Source of the DNA: Candidatus Uhrbacteria bacterium CG10_big_fil_rev_8_21_14_0_10_50_16
Lineage (GTDB): Bacteria > Patescibacteriota > Patescibacteriia > UBA9934 > UBA11717
NCBI GenBank assembly: GCA_002774875.1
Contig: PCYM01000001.1
Coordinates: 182,153-246,152 of the forward strand
DNA: 64,000 nt
Reading direction: 5' to 3'
Under the pieces are notes generated by a model. It saw nothing but the letters and a program-made list of their open reading frames with translations. It was not told the DNA's origin and ran no database searches. Position numbers and translations under genes: made by a program. Shown here piece after piece: positions 30,373 through 38,864 of this stretch. Every line of letters starts with the position of its first letter. Position 1 is the first letter of the stretch.

Positions 30373-30413
30373 GGGGCACTGGGAAGGGAGAAATTCTCCC
30401 TTCCCAGTGCCCC
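30373..30413. other. 18-bp perfect hairpin (GGGGCACTGGGAAGGGAG aaatt CTCCCTTCCCAGTGCCCC)
   Basis: Perfect inverted repeat 60 nt downstream of tRNA-Glu, no U-tract; candidate recombination/att-type structure at the island border. Confidence 0.6.
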
Positions 30414-30454
30414 TATTATGAGGTTTAAAATGCGATCGACACCACGCATACACT

Positions 30455-30503
30455 CATATCTTATTCTAAATTAACAACACGGTGGGGTCCGGAGACCCCA
30501 CCG
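30455..30503 (-). terminator. terminator of cassette F
   Basis: CGGTGGGGTCtccgGACCCCACCG then UGUUGUUAAUUU on minus strand. Confidence 0.5.
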
Positions 30504-30522
30504 CTATCAGGAGTGGGTGCGT

Positions 30523-31008
30523 TCAGCCGCCGCCGCACCGACACGAGCTACGCTGACCGTGATCGCTGTTGCAGCAACCCTGCGCGTGACCCCAGTCGCG
30601 TTCACCATCCTCGGGCCAGATCTCGGTGTCGAGATCGGCGTACAGGCCGCACAGGTACTCACGGGTGCGCGCGTAGGTTCCCGGCTCCATCGATCCCGGC
30701 AGATCGCACGGGTCGTGGTGAAGGTAATCCACGCCCATGGACTGACAGAAGTCGGTGTACGGCTTGCTGTAGAGCAGGAACGTGTGCCACGCCTCATCGG
30801 CTAGATGTGACGGAGCAAGACGACGACCTTCCGGAACTGCGCAAGCGCGCAGGAACTGGATGGCGCCATCAAAGGCTCGACGGGCCACATCCTCGTCGAT
30901 ACTCATATTCTTGACCATGCGAGCTATCACGCGGTCACGAATGGATGAGTCGAGGTTGTAGTCGGGGAGTCGAATCTGAGACTCGACCAAACAAAGGGCG
31001 GCAGACAT
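30523..31008 (-). CDS. GC-rich ORFan protein (cassette F)
   Basis: about 62% GC. Minus-strand promoter TTGACA-17-TAGAGT, Shine-Dalgarno GAGGTG, 4 nt, then ATG (MSAALCLVES..). Conserved-looking core EAWHTFLLYSKPYTDFC..YLHHDP, Cys-rich tail. Confidence 0.5.
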   Translation of the reverse strand: MSAALCLVESQIRLPDYNLDSSIRDRVIARMVKNMSIDEDVARRAFDGAIQFLRACAVPEGRRLAPSHLADEAWHTFLLYSKPYTDFCQSMGVDYLHHDPCDLPGSMEPGTYARTREYLCGLYADLDTEIWPEDGERDWGHAQGCCNSDHGQRSSCRCGGG

Positions 31009-31079
31009 AAGCACCTCAATCAATCGTCTCGAACGGCATGTCCGAGACGCTTACTCTACGTGCCTCACAGCCATGTTGT

Positions 31080-31125
31080 CAACATATCACTGGTCGGGTC
31101 TATAAAAATAGTGGCGCCCGCCCAG
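31080..31125 (-). terminator. terminator of cassette E
   Basis: GCCCGCCCGGGatcctccTGGGCGGGCGC + CACUAUUUUUAUAG on minus strand. Confidence 0.6.
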
Positions 31126-31148
31126 GAGGATCCCGGGCGGGCGTACGT

Positions 31149-31739
31149 TCACTTGATGTTCGGACAGACCTTGGGCAAATCGGAGAACTGCCAAGAGACT
31201 CCGAGATCCTGCAGATTCCGCAGTTCTTGTTCCATGCGGTTGCGAGTGTTGTTGAGACCGATTGCCATGGCCTGTATGAACCAGGTGCACACGTCGCTGA
31301 TCTCCTGCCAGGTCAACAGCTCGTACTTGGCGAGAACCGCAGACAGACGGCCGTCCTGCCCCTTGTCGAGTCTGCCACTGATGCCATCCACGGCAATCGT
31401 GTTCTGCATCACGTAGACGAGCAGACGGCCGGTCGAATCACTCCCCAGGCGACCCTGCCCGCCCGCGATCATGAGGTCCGCCACCTCCCGATACGAGCTC
31501 CACGCACCCTGGGAGGCTTGGAACATCTCGGCGATCTGCTGTAGTCCGCAGGTCAGCACCTTTGCGTTCTCCACGCGTTCTTCCCGACTCTCCCGTGCCT
31601 GAACCTTGGCCTCGTCTCGAACAGACTGATCCGACACGGACCCGGTGGCCCACGCATTCGTGCAGGACCCCGGTGCCAACAAGAGCACCAACACCACCAA
31701 CATGCAAAACCCCACGAACTTCAATTGCTTCTCCATCAT
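31149..31739 (-). CDS. GC-rich ORFan secreted protein (cassette E)
   Basis: Minus-strand promoter TTGACA-17-TATAAA (31775-31808), Shine-Dalgarno GGGAGAG then ATGATG. Signal peptide MMEKQLKFVGFCMLVVLVLLLAPGSC; 196 aa. Confidence 0.55.
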   Translation of the reverse strand: MMEKQLKFVGFCMLVVLVLLLAPGSCTNAWATGSVSDQSVRDEAKVQARESREERVENAKVLTCGLQQIAEMFQASQGAWSSYREVADLMIAGGQGRLGSDSTGRLLVYVMQNTIAVDGISGRLDKGQDGRLSAVLAKYELLTWQEISDVCTWFIQAMAIGLNNTRNRMEQELRNLQDLGVSWQFSDLPKVCPNIK

Positions 31740-31815
31740 CTCTCCCGTCTCGCCATCTATTCGGCGGATCAACTTCTTTATAGTCAAAAAAAGACTCCGT
31801 GTCAATAGGCCGGGG

Positions 31816-32025
31816 CTAAACCGTCGTCGACCACCACAGGAGAAACGTGACCGTCTCCTCCACAGTGCCAAGCGTCAACAACAGCGTCTTCATCCGTCTT
31901 GTTCCCATACGGCGCCTCAACAAAGCCACCAACGTATTCCACTGCAGAAGATTTAGATCCAGGCCGGTCTGCCTCAGACGTGCGCATACATTTTTCTCAA
32001 CATCTTCCAACGAGAAATCATTCAT
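31816..32025 (-). CDS. possible small ORFan gene with strong Shine-Dalgarno (candidate cassette I)
   Basis: GGAGGT 5 nt before ATG (MNDFSLEDVEK..), 69 aa, about 50% GC. The stop abuts cassette E's promoter; weak TTGACG promoter. Confidence 0.3.
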   Translation of the reverse strand: MNDFSLEDVEKNVCARLRQTGLDLNLLQWNTLVALLRRRMGTRRMKTLLLTLGTVEETVTFLLWWSTTV

Positions 32026-32137
32026 CTATACCTCCAGGCGTTAGAGAGAAACCTGACATCTTAATACGTAATTTTCAGTTTCCGTCATGCGTCAATCAAA
32101 AACGACCCCACATACGCGAGGTCGTTAATTCCACCCA

Positions 32138-33805
32138 TCACACAGACAAAAACCGTTTTGCTTCTGCATGCCAGGACCGCTTAAGCGTTTTTTTCTTTTT
32201 GAGTAACTCTGCAAAAAATTCTCCTCCCATTACGCTTGGCACAATCACAAATGTTGCACCGTGCTTGTAGAGATATTCCGCATCCAGTGTATTGCGTGCG
32301 GTTACAATTACAATCGTCGTACCCCGTTGACGTTTCATGTAGGACAAAATCTCTTCGTTCACTTCCCTATCCGGAATGGTAGACACAAGGAGTTTTGCTT
32401 TGTGCGCTTGCAGTCCCACCAAAAGTTCCTCGTTAGAGACATCCCCATAAACCGCCTGAACAGGCCTATCCTGAAGCGCTTCAATTTGTTGTGGATCATA
32501 ATCCACTACCAACACATCCTTATGCACGCACAAGAGCGATGGCAAAATTGCCGCACCCATGTCCTGATACCCAAATAATAAAATGGCGGATGCACGAGAC
32601 CGGACACTCTCCAGTGGTGCGTATCCCGGTGCCATCCATTCAAACATCCATGCAAATAATTTGTAAACCGACTCTCCGTAAAGAATCAGGTAGGAGGAGA
32701 CGGCAATAGTGATCATCCCAACCATGGTGGCCATCGGGAGAATCTCCTCCGCAATTAAGCCAGCGGCAATTCCTGCGGCAAGAACAATAAAAGAAAATTC
32801 GCTCACCTGGGCCACCGTCGCACCCGTCATAAATCCTGCACGTGGGTGATAGCCAAACACACGCAACAAAGGAACGATAATTAAAGGCTTCCCTAACAAC
32901 ACAACGGTGCTAAACACAAGTGCTGGCACCCACATGGTTTGCAACGCCTCCAAAGAAAGGTTTGTCCCTAGAACGATAAAGAAAATGATAAGGAAAAAAT
33001 CGCGCAACGGCTTGATTTTAGATTCGATCTCTCGATGAAACCCGGTGCCAGCCAGCGAGATTCCTGCGAGCAACGCGCCAATCTCAATGCCAAATCCTAG
33101 AAAGAACAACACGCTTGTGACGGCAAAACACCAACCAACGGCCGTCAAAAACAAGAGTTCCTGCAAGCGCGCGGCATAACGAAACACGGCCGGCAATACA
33201 AAACGCGCCACCACCCACAAACTCACTAACACAACAACCGCCTTTACCAAAGAAATAGTAATTAACTCCGTTACATTTCCGTGATCTCGCAAGGCACCCA
33301 GTACAAGCAGTAAACCCATAGCAAGTAAATCCTGCACAATCAAAATTCCAATGCTTAATCGTCCGTGTAACCGTTCTAATTCCTCTTTGTCTGCGAGCAT
33401 TTTTACCACCACGATCGTACTAGAAAACGCAAATGCAGTACCCAAAAAGAGGCTCGTTGTCGCATTGAATCCAAGCAACATTCCCACACCGTAACCCAAT
33501 CCCGTCGTCAACACCGTTTGACCAAGACCAACAACGATCGCCGCGGAACCAATGTCCTTAATCTTTCGCCAATCTAAATTTAGACCGACCAAAAACAACA
33601 AAAACGCAATACCAACCTCCGAGAAGGCCCGCATGGTTTCCGTTTGATGCACAAACCCAAGAACACCTGGGCCAATAATCAACCCTGCCACCATGTAGGC
33701 AATCAATAATGGCTGTTTGATTTTAAATGCAAGTAATGCCAAACTACTCGCCGTTACAATCACGAAGGCAATTTGCAAGAAAATATTTTGTAGCAATAGG
33801 TCCAT
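32138..33805 (-). CDS. CPA2 (Kef-type) cation/proton antiporter with C-terminal TrkA-N/RCK domain
   Basis: 12-13 TM N-terminal domain (GLIIGPGVLG..), C-terminal Rossmann VLVVDYDPQQIEAL. ATG 1 nt after kinase stop. Confidence 0.8.
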   Translation of the reverse strand: MDLLLQNIFLQIAFVIVTASSLALLAFKIKQPLLIAYMVAGLIIGPGVLGFVHQTETMRAFSEVGIAFLLFLVGLNLDWRKIKDIGSAAIVVGLGQTVLTTGLGYGVGMLLGFNATTSLFLGTAFAFSSTIVVVKMLADKEELERLHGRLSIGILIVQDLLAMGLLLVLGALRDHGNVTELITISLVKAVVVLVSLWVVARFVLPAVFRYAARLQELLFLTAVGWCFAVTSVLFFLGFGIEIGALLAGISLAGTGFHREIESKIKPLRDFFLIIFFIVLGTNLSLEALQTMWVPALVFSTVVLLGKPLIIVPLLRVFGYHPRAGFMTGATVAQVSEFSFIVLAAGIAAGLIAEEILPMATMVGMITIAVSSYLILYGESVYKLFAWMFEWMAPGYAPLESVRSRASAILLFGYQDMGAAILPSLLCVHKDVLVVDYDPQQIEALQDRPVQAVYGDVSNEELLVGLQAHKAKLLVSTIPDREVNEEILSYMKRQRGTTIVIVTARNTLDAEYLYKHGATFVIVPSVMGGEFFAELLKKKKTLKRSWHAEAKRFLSV

Positions 33806-33806
33806 A

Positions 33807-35561
33807 CTAGGCAGCTCGTTGTGACTCTTCGGGTGCGTCCGCTTCTTTATTCGTCGTTGATTTTATCTCCGCCAAGAGTTGCGCAAGGTCTTCTTGTTCT
33901 TGAGCCGTTAACGGTTGTTCGTCTGGCTCGCGCAACGCACGGGATTCTTCCACGAGATGATCCATCTCTGCACGTTCTTCTCCTTCGATCTCCTTGGACA
34001 CCTCCAGCCCCGTTTCCTCCCCTAACTGACGCAACGCGTGCTGCGCCAAAACGCACACAAACTCTGCATCCTCGCGTGTATCCATGGTACGCAGGTTCTT
34101 GTTGAGCGTCTCTATGCGTGCGGAGAAATCAACCATCCTCTCTCCCTCATACCGTCGCCACAGCTCTTGTGCACGTAAGACGAGATTTGTTGCCTCTTGT
34201 TTTGTCTGTTGTTCGATCTCCTCCCGCCAGGATTCTTCCTCTTCTCGGCTCACATAGGCGCATCCCCCTTCTGCGAATAAATCCTCCAAACAATCCGAAA
34301 GACCTTCGGCAAACATCGTGAGATCCATTCCTCGCCCATCTGCATACGATTTCCATGCATTCACGCGCTCATTCTTCAGCGCATTTGCATATGGCAACAC
34401 CACATCCCACGCTAACTCGGCTAGCTTCAGCTCCGCAGGACTCAAAGGCTCACCCGTTTGCTGCGTGATAAATTCTTGAATTGATTCTCGATTCTCTGCA
34501 GAGAGATGAAACGTACCATTCATGATTTCGATAATCTTGTTCTGAATATCCAATTCTACCTTCTTTGGATCTCGGATAATCAATTTAAACCCTCTCGCAA
34601 GACACATGGCCAAGGAGTACATGTCTTCCAACGACTTCTCCATCGGAACGTCGATGTATTGTTCCGGAGCTGCAAAGAAAGGCGTTCCTGAATAACGTCC
34701 CGTAGGCCTTGGAACACCTGTCCGTTCTGAAATGCCAAAATCCACCGCACGTGCCCTGTGTGGTAATGCTGTATCCACGCGAATGTTTGCAGGTTTTATA
34801 TCGTGATGCGCCCAGCCAAGCTTACGCATATCGATCAACTGCCGCGCAACCGATTCAAACGCTAACGCCCCCATCGCACGCGCGTCATGAATCTCCATGA
34901 CGGACTCACCCGCCTCAATTGCCTCCCAAATGGTTTTCATGTCCTGCCCTGGAACATACCCCATAAGGAGAGCAAGTTTTCTCTCCCCACGCTTATCCTC
35001 CACACGTCGCACATCTTGGAGCGCGCCCATTTCGAGTGTTGCAGCAATTTCGTGCTCCATACGATCACGCGCCGAGCCAATTTTATCCGCATTTGTATCG
35101 AATCCCTCGTCAGGATGGTACTTTGCCACCTCTTCCGCATAAAAACGCGCGTTGCCCGCAGAGGGTTCATACATCGTTTTGATTACACCCAGTCGCCCCT
35201 GACTCCCCATCATGGCACGTTCCCAGCCTTTTTCTGGCATTTTTCGAACACGAAACACCTCGCCAAATACACCCGCACCCTCCCTCTTCTCAATCTTCCA
35301 TGGGCCAAACGTATCTGCGAGCGCCTGCTGCGCCTCCCTTGTAAACATACTCACATTGTCCACGTTTAAAATAGGAATTGCCTCTAACGCAACACCTCCG
35401 CCCTCCGCAGGATGTTTTGCACGATCAATCTCGTCTTCTTCTAACGCCGCCTCCTCCATTGGACGGGTAACATCAATGGACGATTCTAACTCTGCTCGCC
35501 GTTGTTGGCGCCGCGCATTGCGTTCCTCATCCCATCCAACATAATGTCCTCCAAAGTCCAT
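33807..35561 (-). CDS. Hanks-type Ser/Thr protein kinase
   Basis: HHDIKPANIRV, DFGIS, GTPFFAAPEQ; C-terminal acidic coiled region. ATG 1 nt after murF stop. Confidence 0.8.
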   Translation of the reverse strand: MDFGGHYVGWDEERNARRQQRRAELESSIDVTRPMEEAALEEDEIDRAKHPAEGGGVALEAIPILNVDNVSMFTREAQQALADTFGPWKIEKREGAGVFGEVFRVRKMPEKGWERAMMGSQGRLGVIKTMYEPSAGNARFYAEEVAKYHPDEGFDTNADKIGSARDRMEHEIAATLEMGALQDVRRVEDKRGERKLALLMGYVPGQDMKTIWEAIEAGESVMEIHDARAMGALAFESVARQLIDMRKLGWAHHDIKPANIRVDTALPHRARAVDFGISERTGVPRPTGRYSGTPFFAAPEQYIDVPMEKSLEDMYSLAMCLARGFKLIIRDPKKVELDIQNKIIEIMNGTFHLSAENRESIQEFITQQTGEPLSPAELKLAELAWDVVLPYANALKNERVNAWKSYADGRGMDLTMFAEGLSDCLEDLFAEGGCAYVSREEEESWREEIEQQTKQEATNLVLRAQELWRRYEGERMVDFSARIETLNKNLRTMDTREDAEFVCVLAQHALRQLGEETGLEVSKEIEGEERAEMDHLVEESRALREPDEQPLTAQEQEDLAQLLAEIKSTTNKEADAPEESQRAA

Positions 35562-35562
35562 A

Positions 35563-36864
35563 TTAATTTGCAAGCCATTTTCCGTACTGACGCACAAGAA
35601 GCTCTGGTGCTCTCAACGGTTCTGCCATGAGTTCTTTGACAATCTTCTCTGTACGAATACCCTGCGATCCTTTAACAAGAATCGCGTCTCCACGTTTCAT
35701 CCGCTCCTGTAAAAATCGCCCCGCGTCCACCGAATTTGCATACGTGTAGACCTGCGTCTGTGCCATTCCCTGCTCCAACGCCGCACGTGCGGCATCGCGT
35801 GCATGTTCTCCCACCGTCACAAACAAATCAATCGGCAATGTTGCGACATGTTTACCAACATCTTTGTGCGCCTGTTCCGAGTAGCGTCCCAACTCCAACA
35901 TATCTCCCACAACCGCAATACGTTGTGCACCCGCATTAATAGGCACACCACACAACACTTCCAGCGCCGCATGCACCGCCTCCGGTGACGCATTATAGGT
36001 ATCATCAATTAACAACGTATGTTTAATACCTGGCAACAACCGCAATCGACCCGGCATAGGGATGTAGGACTGGACATTTTTTGCGATCGTTGAAGGAGAC
36101 AGTCCAAGCTGCAGAGCTACGGCTGCGCCTGCCAATACAGATCGTACGTGCGCGTCTCCAATCACGTTTTTCATTGTAACGGGCACGGAGTCTCGTCCCA
36201 TTCTGAGCGTAAACATTAACTGAGACATTGTGTCACCAACAAGCGTCTCACCATTTTGACGCATATCAACGCGAATATCCTCCGCCGTAATATCCGCCAT
36301 ACCTAATCCATACGTCACCACAGACCCCTTGGCGAGATGACTCATGCCTGACACATTTGCATCGTCTGCATTTAAAATCGCGATTCCATCCGCTGCCAAT
36401 CCGCGAATTAATGCGCTTTTTTCCTCTTTTACATCCTCGATCGTTCCAAAATATTCTGCGTGCGCCACACCAACAGCTGTTACAACTGCTATATAGGGAC
36501 GCGCCATCTGACAAAGGTATTGAATGTCTCCTCGTGCGTCCGCTCCAAATTCCAGCACAAGAATTTCTGGATAATCATGCGCGCCACCCTGAGAGCATCG
36601 CCATCCGCGCCACAACACACCCACCCAACCAAAGAATGAGCGGCCAGGTGACGTCTCGTTGAGGATAGTCAACGGCACACCAATCTCATTATTATAGTTT
36701 TCTACTGTCGCGCGCACGCGTCGTGAAGAACCAATGGCAGCAACAATCGCATGGCGTGTGGACGTCTTACCGACCGACCCGGTAATTGCAATAACTTTTG
36801 GTTTATACGCACGTAACGTTTTTTTGGCAAGGCGCGCAAGAACGCGCTGGAGGAGTTGTTTCAT
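35563..36864 (-). CDS. murF: UDP-N-acetylmuramoyl-tripeptide--D-alanyl-D-alanine ligase
   Basis: ITGSVGKTST P-loop, VVGDMLELG motif, Mur ligase fold. Confidence 0.8.
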   Translation of the reverse strand: MKQLLQRVLARLAKKTLRAYKPKVIAITGSVGKTSTRHAIVAAIGSSRRVRATVENYNNEIGVPLTILNETSPGRSFFGWVGVLWRGWRCSQGGAHDYPEILVLEFGADARGDIQYLCQMARPYIAVVTAVGVAHAEYFGTIEDVKEEKSALIRGLAADGIAILNADDANVSGMSHLAKGSVVTYGLGMADITAEDIRVDMRQNGETLVGDTMSQLMFTLRMGRDSVPVTMKNVIGDAHVRSVLAGAAVALQLGLSPSTIAKNVQSYIPMPGRLRLLPGIKHTLLIDDTYNASPEAVHAALEVLCGVPINAGAQRIAVVGDMLELGRYSEQAHKDVGKHVATLPIDLFVTVGEHARDAARAALEQGMAQTQVYTYANSVDAGRFLQERMKRGDAILVKGSQGIRTEKIVKELMAEPLRAPELLVRQYGKWLAN

Positions 36865-36889
36865 ACAGGCAGGAATGCGGCTCTATAGG

Positions 36890-38707
36890 TTATCGTTCGG
36901 GGGAAATTTGCTTATAGTGTAGCAGAAAATCCGCGATCTCCCCAAACAAGGGAGCGGCGGTTCCGGCAGCCCATTCTGACGCACGTGGGTGATCTATTCG
37001 AATCAACATCACAAACCGTGGATCACGCGCTGGACCGTAGCCCACAAACGTTGCAATCGTATTGCCCGTTTGATATCCCGTACCACTATCGTTGGCCACC
37101 TGCGCCGTTCCTGTCTTTCCGGCAATGTAATATCCATCGACCTTTGCAAGCCCTGCATGTCCATTCTCAACTGTGGATACGAGCATCGCGGTAGTAAGTT
37201 GGGCGGTTTTTGGGGAGACAACTTGGCGAAGTTGCACAGGATCCGTCTTCTCAACGGTACCATCTTGATGTCGAACTTCCTTTACAAGGTAGGGTTGCAT
37301 CATCGCTCCCCCGTTGGCAAGTGCCGTATAAGCGCGTGCCATTTGCAGCGGTGTCACCGTCAATCCCTGACCGTAGGAACTCGTCGCAGAATAAATCTCA
37401 TGCCCTTTATCCACAGCACTAATCTCCCCTTGTACCTCACTGTTAAGCGAGATCCCAATAGTCTCGCCAAATCCAAAATCATGCACATAGCGCGCCAGAA
37501 CATCACCTCCCATTTTACGCATCACAAAAATCATCCCCGTATTGAGCGACTTCTCCAGCACTTCCGTCATGGTTTGGATACCGTTGGCCTTATGGTCTGA
37601 GTTGCGGATAGTATAGCGATCAATCTTCTCTTCTCCCGTGTCGTTATACGTCATGCTCGGTGTAACAGCGCCCGCATCCAATCCCGCCGCCATCACGAGC
37701 GGTTTAAACACGGAACCTGGTTCATATGCAGAAAAGATTGCCTGATTATTATAGACAGAAATTGATTCTACCTCGTTGTATACGTTGGGGTTATAGGTAG
37801 GCACACCGCACATAGCCCAAACAGCACCCGTTTTTGAATCCAAAATAATCAAAGATCCACTATCGGCCTCAAAGCGATCTACGTTCTCTTGCAATTTTGT
37901 ACAGGCCACATGCTGAATGGTGCGATCAAGTGTCAATACAAGATCCGCACCATTTTGTGCATCGTGAAGATTACGTGCGCCGATCCCAATCCAATTGCCT
38001 TTTGCATCCAGCTCTGAGAATAAAAATCCCGGCTGCCCTGCGAGCGTGTCATTAAAGTAACCCTCCAATCCATATTTTCCACTTACGGTTCCATTGGGGT
38101 CCTCACTCACAAAGCCCGTCACATGTGCCGTCGTTTCCTCCTCAGGATAAAAGCGAAATTGCTCACGCAATAAATGAATCCCCGTGAGATTTGCGCGCGT
38201 AATCTCGTCTCCCAATTCCTCGCTTACTCGACGTTTAATCGGCTCGTAGGGGTCGTCGGCTTTTTGTAATTGCGCAAGGACGTGATCGTATTCCGAAGGT
38301 AACGTAATGGTTTCTCCTTGATCATTCACAGATTCCTCTCCCTCACGAGACAATCCTAAAATGTCAGACAATACATCTGCGGTACGCACAGGGTCGTCGA
38401 CTTTACGAGGTTCTGCCCACACAAGATTTAAAAATTGATTCGTGGCAATCGCCACCTCTGTGCCATCTCGATCTTCTACAAGAATGGACCCGCGCTGTGG
38501 ATACAGGTCTTTATAGAGCTCCCGTTGCCCGCTCGCCAAGGCCTCATACACCCCGTGCTTGAGGATCTGTAAATACCCCAAACGGACAATAAGCATGGCG
38601 GCAACCAGAAAAAACGCGGCCTGCAAAAGACGCACACGAGAAGGCGTGGAGACGGATGCAGAGCGATTCCCGTAATACGCCCGTGTTTTTGGGGATTTTT
38701 GTGTCAT
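36890..38707 (-). CDS. penicillin-binding protein 2 / FtsI-type transpeptidase
   Basis: N-terminal TM, SVFKP (SxxK), SxN and KTGTA motifs. Confidence 0.85.
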   Translation of the reverse strand: MTQKSPKTRAYYGNRSASVSTPSRVRLLQAAFFLVAAMLIVRLGYLQILKHGVYEALASGQRELYKDLYPQRGSILVEDRDGTEVAIATNQFLNLVWAEPRKVDDPVRTADVLSDILGLSREGEESVNDQGETITLPSEYDHVLAQLQKADDPYEPIKRRVSEELGDEITRANLTGIHLLREQFRFYPEEETTAHVTGFVSEDPNGTVSGKYGLEGYFNDTLAGQPGFLFSELDAKGNWIGIGARNLHDAQNGADLVLTLDRTIQHVACTKLQENVDRFEADSGSLIILDSKTGAVWAMCGVPTYNPNVYNEVESISVYNNQAIFSAYEPGSVFKPLVMAAGLDAGAVTPSMTYNDTGEEKIDRYTIRNSDHKANGIQTMTEVLEKSLNTGMIFVMRKMGGDVLARYVHDFGFGETIGISLNSEVQGEISAVDKGHEIYSATSSYGQGLTVTPLQMARAYTALANGGAMMQPYLVKEVRHQDGTVEKTDPVQLRQVVSPKTAQLTTAMLVSTVENGHAGLAKVDGYYIAGKTGTAQVANDSGTGYQTGNTIATFVGYGPARDPRFVMLIRIDHPRASEWAAGTAAPLFGEIADFLLHYKQISPER

Positions 38708-38864
38708 CTAGCACACAGTATACCACCTTGACAAAATCGCCATTTTCTGATAGGTTAGACCGTCACATTCCGTCTGAGGTTTGTGCAAAATTCACCAGAA
38801 ACATGCCTGTTTGAGGCTGTGCAACACATTTGATCTGCGCCTACGTGCGCGAGAGGAGGATGCG

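Noticed and set aside
27785-32060. Integrase, transposase or relaxase genes that would explain the island
   Set aside because: None of the ORFs in or near the island has recombinase motifs (no tyrosine-recombinase R..HxxR..Y, no DDE). The mobility mechanism is unresolved.
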